A DNA stretch of 63,727 nucleotides, filler included. It is 10 parts of 10 records of this genome, joined end to end, with 100 filler letters (N's around TTAATTAATTAA, not from the genome) between each part and the next. Parts side by side here need not be neighbours in the genome. Positions count along the whole stretch, not along the records: positions 33,646 to 38,751 come from SRR15195285_1059; positions 38,852 to 46,183 come from SRR15195285_1061; 8 more parts are not named here. One strand, given 5' to 3'. The position numbers and the translations under genes were made by a program. Position 1 is the stretch's first letter, and each line of letters begins with the position of its first letter. The notes below the pieces were generated by a model. It was not told the origin of the DNA. It made no database searches and saw nothing but the letters and a program-made list of their open reading frames with translations. Positions 36,601 through 46,283 of the stretch are shown one piece after another.

Positions 36601-37916
36601 ACAGACGCAGCAACAATGGACACGGCGGTAGAAAAGGTAGGCATGGAAATAGAAAATCGGCTGGTGAGGATATTTGCGAGACAACGACTCGTCAGGGCAA
36701 GAACAAAGGGAGGTCTTCGTCATCACGGGCAAACAGGAAGAGCCGTCTTCAAGAGCAGGACAAGATGGAACAGGTTGACGAGGGCGATAAGAATGACAAG
36801 GATGAAAGCAACAGCGAATCGGTCAATCACGGTGCAGCTGCTGGTAAATCCGAAGACATCAATGCCCCACGACGGTTCAAACTACCATCCACAGGTGCCG
36901 CCGTACCTGTCGGTGTTGCTTCATGGAATGAACTTGCACTGGGCGGTGAAGCCGAGGGAGGTACTATACTTTCACAACTACTGTCTCTCGGATACTACAT
37001 CGACACAGTCCACACGGTCCAGTCTCACAGCTTCTTGGTGCCTTGCTTTGCTAGAGCAGCAGGAGGGCACTCGGATGATCCTTCTGCTGTCTTAGGGGTG
37101 GACCGTCCCGTCCATGCAGCAGGAGGGTCTGTACTTGTCATCGTCGAGCGACGTACGGTACTTGGCGGTCCTGGCTGCAGCACTACAACACGTAGCACCG
37201 GCACCAGTAGGAGCGATTCTCAGGACAAGAAAGAGTCAGACGAACAAGCTGCAGTAACTGTTCGTATTGAAGGCACTGATCCTGTTGAAGTTGAGCGTGT
37301 TGGTCGACTGATCACACTTGGCACACTCGCCGCAAGGAAGTTGCGAGGTGTCGACACTGAGAACGTCTCAACTCTTAATGGGTTTGCAGATATCTCCAAC
37401 CGGCCTACAACAGCAAGCAGTGCCAATCTGCCGTGGTTAAACCCGTGGCGAGACAATGACACGCCGAGCAATAGTCGACCGGCAAGCGGGGCGAGCACTC
37501 GAAGTCAGCAGCAAGATCATCACGAGGATAGGCGAGGACAGGGCAGCAGCCGACCTGCAAGCGGCAGTTCGACAGGCACCAGCACGAACCGTAGCAAGCG
37601 TGGCACTGGCGGTGGCTACGGCGCCGGTGGTCTAGTCGCACTGCCTGTGAATCGTAGTTTGGATATCAACCGCTCGCAGCGTCGAGTGCGATCGCGTGAA
37701 GGTCGACCTGCAGGTGGCAAGCACGGTGAGTATTGGAGGAAGAATGACGCTCACAAGAGACAAGAACAGAAAGGGGCACACTCCGATGCTGCCTCACACA
37801 GAATCGATGGGAGCGGCAGTGGTATGGCTGCAGCTGCAGCAGTGCAGCAACAGCGTACGGTGGCTGATGCTGCATCGTATACTTCGAGCGAAGAAGACGA
37901 TTTTGATGATGCATAA
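33648..37916 (+). CDS. Uridine kinase-like P-loop + CYTH-like protein (divergent TTM1/TTM2-like) with long disordered inserts; probably 5'-truncated
   Basis: Walker A IVAIGGAACSGKS; LSLDTF; VPPSKVVVIEGRFAL; DVRVHCGG. CYTH-like segments DWLVKPPG, WLRVTDRAGQY, LSQLLSLGY and VRIEGTDPVEVERVG occur in TTM order. The frame is open from the edge via EPEQEPEQEP; first ATG is 33738. Confidence 0.75.
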   Translation, partial: EPEQEPEQEPSGGNARSSRGGSAGKAVGRRMRRVSVALLGRNHSSDEEASGPSHKVSANDDKQNLQRLMGQDTGAQAAVAPKKKVGRMRRLSVNLMEKIASKSKALADSPRSCSGPSEEEDEYDPVPGTTGANARAGSAGTSRAGSASTSRVGSAGTSRMGSAGTSRPESATTSRSTDSGGSIDDDSRNGRVRARKTKTKMARGGNFVQRMRRMSVEAVGKVATKTAEQLLADSAEAGQQQEQLDQEQLEAQRLADQADRRMRAEMRRKQEEIEEAERKARAAERDAARARIAEEAARELAKEQSNKEQIRREVERQRREKEQRELTLRSMGKMTKTREAAMDLYMQALEHGGQLLDSGQQRRPGSAVSAGGGSAIASIIGGHWTVEAPAAVTCEMTDALDEVKLMAHQISPVKYGGVTRDRLVIVAIGGAACSGKSWLGLRLADSAQQSGLEALLLSLDTFTKTATGTVQSPTTVPLHPFLDASSLVPAGHGGGSLDTLATYDLAFARRCMQQLRRDLAAELPARAVSSEQGEGGTGMTTARVPPSKVVVIEGRFALHPMLADVVDVRVHCGGSPHPMLLRSIARHAERKLSLEASEGWRGSPALGALQALASSTLPMAALYSSRIASCADLLVRNDWSPLGAVTKDLDETGMTGVDVHDVGGHTIYGVTVNRGNTSADFNRVAKWIYGIARTASGRCISLDGPTHLLDYDWLVKPPGTAVPKRHRTTAASAAAVHSSVNPRNIGTATESMRGASRGGVSTGTRETHSAGSRSSSATSTPSAVAARGAGGSLPMSAKAEQRARERSRKRVDPNSRPWRTKAQPRLAQQQESDESDDETVTSAGQTSTYSSRGKQKPLPPWPEDGTLPPAAHVVEAIGMPPRDALDPSGASSRVGPDGLPRFWLRVTDRAGQYRVVACERPKDKQNKPKSPTGQTQQQQQQRDQSGMVGSEANGEDGKSENDDLGQETIDQKDKNSSSSNRKSKHRRSNNGHGGRKGRHGNRKSAGEDICETTTRQGKNKGRSSSSRANRKSRLQEQDKMEQVDEGDKNDKDESNSESVNHGAAAGKSEDINAPRRFKLPSTGAAVPVGVASWNELALGGEAEGGTILSQLLSLGYYIDTVHTVQSHSFLVPCFARAAGGHSDDPSAVLGVDRPVHAAGGSVLVIVERRTVLGGPGCSTTTRSTGTSRSDSQDKKESDEQAAVTVRIEGTDPVEVERVGRLITLGTLAARKLRGVDTENVSTLNGFADISNRPTTASSANLPWLNPWRDNDTPSNSRPASGASTRSQQQDHHEDRRGQGSSRPASGSSTGTSTNRSKRGTGGGYGAGGLVALPVNRSLDINRSQRRVRSREGRPAGGKHGEYWRKNDAHKRQEQKGAHSDAASHRIDGSGSGMAAAAAVQQQRTVADAASYTSSEEDDFDDA
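34047..34172 (+). repeat. Degenerate 21-nt coding tandem repeat (SRxGSA[G/S]T)
   Basis: Translates as ARAGSAGT SRAGSAST SRVGSAGT SRMGSAGT SRPESATT. Unit is about 8 aa/24 nt when the shared T/S is counted; the period was judged by eye. Confidence 0.6.
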
Positions 37917-38178
37917 GAAGATATAGGAGTGGGCTAATGAGGTTGAAGAGGCAACTCGAGTAGCATAAGAAACGTAGTTACGGCACTCAGGTACTGCTGC
38001 GTCTTCTGAAGACGGTCTTGTAAACAGATAAACACAGCATTTGCATGTAAACTAAATGGCCAAACAGCGTCCCTCCCGTCTGTCCATCTCTACAATGTCT
38101 CATTAATGCGCGCCTTAGCAAAGGCTCCGATCTCAAAAACGACTTGTATGCATAATTCACGGGCTTGCCCACGAGAGT

Positions 38179-38729
38179 TTATGGGCATGTCGAGCCTCCA
38201 CAGTGCCAGTATTGACTGAGCTGCGCCGCAAGCGCCGATTTTAATTGCGCGCTGCTCGCGTTGTAGATGTTGTTGATTTGGTAGGGATCAGTATCGAGGT
38301 CGTAAAGTTCCTGGAAATTCACATTCTCGAACCACCAGCTACACGCGTGACCACAGGAGTTGTCAAGAGGCATGAGGTGGTGGTGACAAGCTGTCAACAA
38401 CTGGTGGGCGCTGTACGGTGGAATTGTAGTAGAGCTTACTCTTGGACCATTGTCATCTCAACATAAAGGAGATTTTCACCCCGGGCGGTGTCGATCACCC
38501 GCAGTGCACGATACGTGTTCGCGGGACAATCGTTAACGCGTGTCACCCCAGCCTTGTAGCCGACTGGCCAGTCTGCCAATGCGTAATGCTCAACGAGAAA
38601 CGTCGTGCGCCAGCCGGTGACGCTGTCTTTTCCAAGCTCTTCAGGTTCCAGGTCGCCCCGAAGCAATGGGGCAATTGAACGGCCATCGACCTGAGGCGGG
38701 ATGGGCACCCCAGCCAAGTCCAGAAAAGT
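38179..38729 (-). CDS. Sulfatase C-terminal fragment (N-acetylglucosamine-6-sulfatase-like), 5'-truncated
   Basis: TFLDLAG..VDGRSIAPLL, WRTTFLVEH, NTYRALR, ELYDLDTDPYQINNIY and terminal CGGSTCP; intron 38439-38339. Confidence 0.85.
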
Positions 38730-38751
38730 GTATATTTTTAAATATATATAG

Positions 38752-38851
38752 NNNNNNNNNNNNNNNNNNNNNNNNNNNNNNNNNNNNNNNNNNNNTTAAT
38801 TAATTAANNNNNNNNNNNNNNNNNNNNNNNNNNNNNNNNNNNNNNNNNNNN
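38752..38851. other. Artificial contig spacer
   Basis: N44-TTAATTAATTAA-N44. Confidence 0.99.
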
Positions 38852-39296
38852 CAGACACTCTCAGAGAGTGTCTGGCGCCGCTAGGAGTAACACGATTGTA
38901 TCAGGACAATATCCGTGCATTGAATCCGTACGCACGCAAGGACCGCTCCTAGATGCCCTAGGTGAAGGGGAGATAGTCCATAATCGCGACAGTGGGCTAG
39001 TAGATAGATCTCAGAGTGGAGGAGATGTCTAATGATATTCCAATTGTCTGTCTGTATGCAGTGCCCAGGTTGGGTGGTTTGTGTTGTATTGTGAGTCTTA
39101 ATGAAAATGCATGCAGACCGCACGCGCGCGTGCGCGCGTGCGGCATCGATCGCACACGAGAGGAGGTCGCGACGCGAGTGCCTGCGTCAGACAGCCGCAT
39201 AGCGCGACGAGTGTACACGTGTAGGCGTAGCGTCCCATCATGTCGCAGCCGCAGCAGCAGCCGCCGCAGCAGCTGCTCACCTGAGAAATTCATTGT

Positions 39297-41535
39297 ATGC
39301 CCCGTGCGCTTCAAAGTGAAGCTCCTGCGGCTGAGAAAGCAGCGGCGCTTCTCGCCGGTAGTGCGGCCGCCACGTTGGGCGGGTCGCCAACAGCTCCAGC
39401 ATGGGCGGATACGGCAGACGTCGAGGACGAGGCACCGTCAGCATGCGTCACGTGGTGGCGCGCCGAGTGGAACTTCAAGCCACGTGGTCCTCAGTGGCTG
39501 CCTGCAATCATCCGCATGACCTGGTACCTGCAGGTGATCAACATGCTCGAGAGTATCCAGAATCAGGTCAACGGAGACATAGCCCAGCCATTTTTCTACA
39601 GCCGTACGTCTTGCTGCGGGAACGCAGGCACTCCCGTCGATTTGCCGATGGAGTTCGACGTGGTGCGGCCGGAGACACTCGAGGTCTATGGCATGGACGT
39701 AGACCGGATTCCGGCCTGCGATCTTCCGTATCTGCCAAGTGATGACGAGCGTTGGTCATACTCGGTTCATTGCCCCAACCCAGAATACGTACGGTTCTAC
39801 TCCCAACGCATTTGGGCATGGCGCAACTCCTTGATCAACATAGTCGGGATGGCAGTGCTACCAATTGGAGCTGGGCTGTCTGACACCTTCGGGCGGAAGC
39901 CAGTGCTGGTTTTTGACAATGCACTGACGTTTCTCGGGTTGTGCGCAAATGTGTGTGCGTCGTTGCCGTTTTTCATCGCCAACGACCCCACTGCAGTTAC
40001 GTAAGTCCGCGTCGCACGAACCCAACTCGATTGTTGCATCTGATCCTAGGTCAAATATCGAACGTCGGAGGTGCATAATGTGGTACCTAAGGAACGTGTG
40101 GGCTTCTACAGGTTGTATGTGAGCGGGCTGCTGAATGCACTTGCATCTGCTTCGGGACCGGTGCGTCTTACCGTCTTTTGGATTCTGAACGAATGATTCG
40201 ATGTTGGAATATTTGACAGATGTCTGAGTGCAACAGGTTGGCTTTGCAATGTTGGTCGATATCGTCCCGTACAAAATGCGCGAACAGGGATTTCCAACCC
40301 TTGCGATGTTTGGCACGTTTGGGCCGCTCTCTGCCTTTGGGCTAGCGTACTATTTTCTTTCGCGGCGTTACACCAGCTACACGCTCTTTTGGCTGATCTT
40401 TGTCGGAATCAATTTCTCGTTCTTCTGCTTTATGCTCAATTTGCTGCCGGAGACGATGCCAAAAGCGCAGCGCCGAACTTTTGCGTGGCGAAATCTGAAT
40501 CCATTTGTATACTGTGCGCTGCACACCACTGTGTAGCTGTCCGTCGCTTGTGTAGCTCTGCACCATCATTTTCCGGCACGCTGCAGAACTAACGATGAGG
40601 CGTTTTTTGCAGACTGGCGCGCGATTCGTCTGATTTTTTGCTACCCAATCATGATCGGCATATGCCTCATGGTATTCACGGTTAATTTCGGGCTCGCGTC
40701 CCTCGACATCGCGTACAACCAGCTGCTGCTCGGACCACTGCAATACAATACAGCCTCAGCGTTGTTCATTACGCTGGCAGGCTACCCAGTGGCGATTGTG
40801 AGCAATGGGATCGCTGCACTTGTCATACCACGGTCCGCATTCGTATTTTCATGCGGTCTTGTGCATCGAACAGCTGCACACTATTCTCCCGTTCTAATTC
40901 TCTCCCTCGCATCATCGCATCATCCCTCAGGTACGGGGCATGGCGAGTCTGGTTCATCGCAATGGGATTTGTGTGTTGCGGTTTCGTTGTCTATGGTCTT
41001 TGGAGCGTATACTTTGCTGAACACCGTCCTGATCAGATTTGGATTGCTCAACTTGGTCCGATCATTGGAGGAAGTGTGATTGCTACCTCCGCAGGGTGCT
41101 TTGCGACGCCCGCTTACCAGGTGATCGTGAGCAAGTCAGTGCGACCAGAGGAGCAAGCGACGGCTCAGTCCATGATCAGTCTTGTGACACGGCTGGCATA
41201 CGTAGCTGGATCGCCCTTCTACACCTTTGTGATATACGGTAAGCGATCAATAGCACCTAATACAGTAGTAGCATGATAAGGATACCAGCAGATGAATTAC
41301 TTTTCGTTTTAGGCTTGCTTGCATGTGCACACGTGCAGAGGTAGGGGCAACTGGCCATCGAGCAGTACTGTTCGTCTACATCTGCGCGGCTCTCATGGCT
41401 GTAAGTGGCATCATCATGGCTATCACGCTTGCATCAGTCAGCTGGTGCTGCAAGGAGCAAGGTTGGGAAGTGCTGGCTCGCGATGCCGAACGTAGTCGGA
41501 GGGTTTCAATTGGATCCGACTATAGGGGTCGGTAG
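39297..41535 (+). CDS. Major facilitator superfamily transporter (tetracycline-resistance/SLC46-like); 6 exons
   Basis: MFS motif A GLSDTFGRKP, AMLVDI..REQGF, LPET, VSKSVRPEEQA and multiple TM helices. Introns 40001-40111, 40161-40236, 40514-40612, 40833-40930 and 41239-41338. Confidence 0.88.
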
Positions 41536-42033
41536 GTGGATAATGGAGGTTGGAGGATAGAGTTGCACAGTACAGTTAGCCTGACGGGACCAAAAGCGTT
41601 GTGGTAGGACTGGCCGTCGTGGCGTCTGATCATAGGGCATGTAGGGCATGTACTGTAGGCAGCTGCCACTGCTCGCGACGCTGCGCCTGCTGAGGCTGCC
41701 GCCCATGCTGTGCCGACTGCGAATGCTGCTGATGCTGAGCCCACCATAAAGTATCTTAGATACATGCGGTAATACCACAAGGCAACATGCCTAAGAAACG
41801 GCTACGCCGCTCCCCGAATGCGCCGGGTGTAGAAAGAAAGGAGCCTTATGCCCGGTGTTACACCTCCGAACCGTCTGCCTGCCTTGGCGAGTGCAGCGTC
41901 TGCCTGACCCTCGGGCGTACTCTCGAATACCGCAATTCGCACACACGACATGGGTTATAATTGTAACAAAGATTGAATCTTCAATCCTTCGTCACCTATG
42001 TAATATAATTTATGCTCATACCACCTGTCACTT

Positions 42034-43423
42034 CTAAAGCTTGCCAAACGCACGCTCATAGGCGATATTCGGTGTCGCCCAATTCACCTTCTCTGGCTCC
42101 AAATGTTCCTCCGGCTCCGGCCCGGTCCCCCCGTCCACATAACCTAGCGTAGGACCACCCATCGAGTACCCGATCAGCTGCTGGATGTCTCTCGGGAGTT
42201 TAACCGCCACGGGCGGCGGCACGTCGAGGTACTGATTAACCTCTTGGCGGAGCCACGCTGGGCAGTAGTCCACATTTAGTCCCCACCGATCGATGTCTGC
42301 CACACGCATCCAACTGCGTTTACAACCAACAGGTGGTGCGCGAGAGGCAAGTTTTGCACGCACCGTTCGTGCGGTTCTCGCCACCGCTGTGCAGGGTATG
42401 CGAGAGGTAGATGATGACACTGCCCTTGGGCATGACCGCTTGTGCCCAATCATCGCTCTCCGGGCTCAAGTCCGGCACCCGCCGCATGTTCCACCGGTGG
42501 CTGCCCGGCACAACTGGCCATCAATGGCAAAGCAGCATTAGACTCAGCTCAAGATACTGTGTGCACAAAGTTGCTACAGAACCTGCGCACACCTCTGGTC
42601 GGGCCGACATCTTCTGTGAAGTCGCTCAGCGCCCAGATCGTCGAGATCTCAACCTCAACCTTCGGCCCAAAATCGAACCCACAGTAACCGCCATCGCGAT
42701 GGATGGGCTGCAGCGCACCGCCTGGGCCGATGTGAATGATTTGGTGCAGGTGGCATTGGTAGGGGTGGAAGACGCGGCCGTGGTTCGGGTCGGCCACCTC
42801 CTGCTCCGGTACCCCCGCGCTGACTCCATCTTCAATTGAGGTGTCGCTGACGTCTGTCGGGAAGCTGGGCAGCGGGAGCTGGATCAGCGAGCGACGATTT
42901 GCACAAGAGAGGAGCAGAAAGCGCACGTGTCGAGCAGCTCCTCTGCGGTCATGTTGAGGATCTGGCGCCCGAGGACGCCCTCGCATAGCTTGATGAGCAG
43001 CGGGTGCGCCACGATCTCGCAGCTGCTCGGTGCCCGCGCGACCACGCCGCCGAGGCGCTCAGTCGTGCGGCCTCCGAAGTCGTCACCAAACTTGCCTTTG
43101 AGATAGGGGCCCATCTCCTGGACCGTGCGGTCGCAGCACTCCTCGGAGACGGCCTGCTCGATGATGACCGTGCCATCGCGCCAGAGGGCCGCAAGGACGT
43201 TCTCTAGTGGCGCATCTGACGTCATGCGCTGCAGTCCACGTGGGAACGACGCGGCGATGGTCGGGATGAGCGGGCGCATGCGTTCCAGCTCCTCGTTGGA
43301 GACGAGGCGGCGCCGGCCGCTCGGGTTCCAGGTTCCATCCACGGCACCGAACGGCGCGCTCGGCATCTCCTGTTTGGGCTTGCTCTCGTTTGCGCGCGCC
43401 AGGTCGCAACGCTCGCCGCTCAT
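42034..43423 (-). CDS. Phytanoyl-CoA dioxygenase (PhyH) family 2OG-Fe(II) oxygenase; 4 exons
   Basis: RDGTVIIE, QPIHRD (HxD), IWALSDFT..GPTRVVPGSHRW, MPKGSV, TLHSGGEN and WLRQEVNQYL. Introns 42926-42865, 42592-42514 and 42363-42297. Confidence 0.9.
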
Positions 43424-43654
43424 CGGATCGAATGTACGTACATGTAGTCAGCGCAGGGCGACTCGGGCGGAACTGATGCACGCGAGTGGAAATTACGCCC
43501 GGAATTAGTGGTATCAGTACCGCGCGGTAGGATCCTATATAATATATAGGAATGTATAATGTATATATAGTTGACTGCTGCTAGCTCGTGCCGTGGGCGC
43601 CGGCGGCGGGCGCGCACGCCGCGCGCGCGTGCGGCGCCGGCACCCGGACGGCAG
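43424..43654. promoter_or_regulatory. Compact divergent promoter (PhyH / glycoside hydrolase)
   Basis: About 230 nt between divergent ATGs; central CTATATAATATATAG..GTATATATAG flanked by (CG)n tracts. Confidence 0.7.
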
Positions 43655-45372
43655 ATGGCCCAAAGCGGTGGCATCGCAGTGATCGCTTCGCAGCTCCTCC
43701 TACTGCTAAGAGCCCATGCCCATCCAGCAGCGCCGCACACGGCGACCCTCCTCGGCCCATCCACCAAGGTGCGACACGCTGCACTGCACAGTCTGCACTC
43801 CTCGCAAGGTCATGCAGTCAGTCTCGCACTTGGCGTCATAAGTTCAGGCTATGGCTGCATGCTATAATGCGTACGGTACGTACACGTATGTACGCGTCCA
43901 CGCAGATCAACCCGTACCTTTTCGGCTTCAGCTCCTACATTGGGCCGGTCGTCAACCTCAGCTACTCGGACAGCGCCGTGCTGAAGACTGCACGCGCCCT
44001 GCGCATTGGCTCTCTGCGCTACCCTGGCGGCTCCCCGAGCAACCATTGGAATCTCAGCGCGGGGCGATGGGTAGACGGGCACGGAGACCCCAACACCCGC
44101 TGCAACTCGCAGCCGCTCGGTACCTTCACGCCTGAGAAGTATATGCAGGGGCTGGGGCAGGAGCTGCGCGCGCCGCCGATATGGAACCTCAACGTCGTAA
44201 GTCTGCCTCCCGCTGAGCAGGTCGGCCAACTTGACGAGCTCAAGGCGATGGGCGTGCCAGTCGCCTATCTGGAGCTGGGAAACGAGCAGGCCAACCCATG
44301 TGGTGGGACTGCAAGCAGCGACTACCTGGCTTCTGTCGCACCCGTCGTCGCACACGCCAGAAAGCTGTTTCCGGACGCAAAGATTGCCATAATTGGATCA
44401 TGGGCTAATCCTGCGACAGTCTCACCACTGGTGAACTGGACTGGGTGTGCCAGGATGCTCGCCGAGCACAAGGCACTATTTGATGCTGTCACGGTGCATC
44501 AGTACATGCCTGGAAACAACACGCTTATGAGCTATCGTGCTGAGCAGCGGCGCAGTGTGACATTGGCCACCGCAGAGCCGCTGCTGCGCTTCCATGTTGC
44601 GACGGTCGCAGAGAATATCGGTGCCGACGTCCCCATCTTGCTCGATGAGTACAACTGGGGCGGCAATTGGGAGGGTGCAACCACGTGGAGTGACCGCTCC
44701 GAGACAGCTCTCAGAGGCGCTCTCATGTCGTCGTACATCTTATCTGCGATTGGCACAAACGGTGGTATTGCAGCCCTGAATTGGTACTCTCTGTTCCAAC
44801 AAGAGGGCAATTCGTGGAGCAACTGGGCTTCGTGCGTGAGGGTCTCCAACCAGGCCGACCGCACAGATGCGATCGAAGTAGATGGCGTCGCACAAATTTT
44901 TGCCCACTGGACCCATGTCGCTTTCGCTTCCAACTACAGCAGCCTCCGAGCGGTGACAGGGGTCAGCTCACAAGTGCTGCAGGTAGAGGTGCTTCGCGCG
45001 AAGGAGCTTCCTTGCGTCCAGGCGGCGGCATTCAGCGGCGCAGCGGACGAAAGCACGACCTATGTAGGACTCAACCGCTGCAACCACGCCGTGGCGACGA
45101 CATGGCCTACCTCTGTCGGCGATGTACATCCGACGTGGTCCAAAGGCGAACGATCGACTGTGGCACACACGGCGTACTCCGCGATGCCCGGCAATCCTGG
45201 CAACTACGTCCTGCTCTCATCCGTCGAGAGTGTGGACACCCCACCGTGGCGCAACGGTCCGCTTGACCCGATGACCTCATCTTGGGCTTTGTCAGAGGCT
45301 GACGGCACGGCGGAGGCCTTCACGCTACCAATGGCGGCGTTGTCGCTGAGCTTTATACGCGTAGGTGCATGA
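43655..45372 (+). CDS. Secreted clan GH-A glycoside hydrolase (GH51/GH79-like); 2 exons
   Basis: Signal exon 43655-43768 and intron 43769-43905; INPYLFG, SLRYPGGS, acid/base YLELGNE, DAVTVHQY and nucleophile ILLDEYN. Confidence 0.82.
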
Positions 45373-45752
45373 GAGCGTGCACAATTACACAAGTGGCTGT
45401 GAAATTCAATGTTAGTACTGATGCGCTGCAACACACATTCATGTACATGTAGGACACAAGAAGGCTCATCAGGCCAATATCGTACAATCTCGGGACCACG
45501 TGGTACTCAAAGCGGCGTTCGGCACTAAATGTCTGTTGTAGTCTCTTTTTCACTTTCCGGCAAGCGGTAGTTTTTCTAGTAGAAAAACATAGCTTGTTTT
45601 CAAGACTGTAGCGCACATGTCGCACGTCGACCAACCATGTGGGGCCCGGCGTGGATTACCCACGTGATAGGCCACGCTTACCGTTTGCGACGGTTTCCGC
45701 TCTAGCAGAAACCGCCACAAACGGCGCCAAGCTTACCCCGTGAGCTGAGCGA

Positions 45753-45798
45753 TGGCGCCAATCGGCGCTGGGCTGTGGCGCCAATCGGGGCTAGGCGG
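45753..45798. repeat. 2 x 23-nt tandem repeat containing TGGCGCCAATCGG
   Basis: TGGCGCCAATCGGCGCTGGGCTG / TGGCGCCAATCGGGGCTAGGCGG, 20/23 identical. Confidence 0.85.
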
Positions 45799-46183
45799 TA
45801 ATAGACGTGGCTCAGAATATTTGGTGTAGTATTGAAAAGTCAAAATTACACAAATCATCAATGCGAATCAATTCCGAATTGATCAGGAGCAGGTACCTAT
45901 TCAATTCGAAAAGGCACTTAGGCGTGGTGGACTGACCCGCCGAATTTCGCGGCCATCGTGCTCCGTTTATTGACCCTGCTCCAGCTCCTTGTGGCGCCGG
46001 CGTCAGTTTTTGTCGTGTACCTTGCGGCCCCAAGAGCTGTCCAACAAGCTTGAGTCAGGGGCGCCCTGAGCCAGCAGAGCGGGTTTGTGCGCCTGCGGCG
46101 GTCCCAGCGCCCCGCTGCTACCAATCTAACCTTGTAGGCGGGCGCAGACTACCCCTAGCACCAACCGAGACCGGTTTTTTCGC

Positions 46184-46283
46184 NNNNNNNNNNNNNNNNN
46201 NNNNNNNNNNNNNNNNNNNNNNNNNNNTTAATTAATTAANNNNNNNNNNNNNNNNNNNNNNNNNNNNNNNNNNNNNNNNNNNN
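46184..46283. other. Artificial contig spacer
   Basis: N44-TTAATTAATTAA-N44. Confidence 0.99.

Noticed and set aside
41506-41780. Small minus-strand ORFs between MFS and PhyH
   Set aside because: Short and low-complexity, in a convergent 3' region, with no family signal.
19967-45372. Polysaccharide-utilisation gene cluster or operon
   Set aside because: The GH, sulfatase and MFS genes lie on four separately assembled contigs, so their order is arbitrary.
45805-45835. U2 snRNA-like TGGCTCAGA..GTGTAGTAT
   Set aside because: Spacing is wrong, and the conserved CTGTTC/stem IIa and 5' stem I are absent; likely chance.
46126-46134. CTAACCT as a telomerase template (TTAGG)
   Set aside because: Only 7 nt, and no telomeric repeats or other telomerase RNA elements support it.
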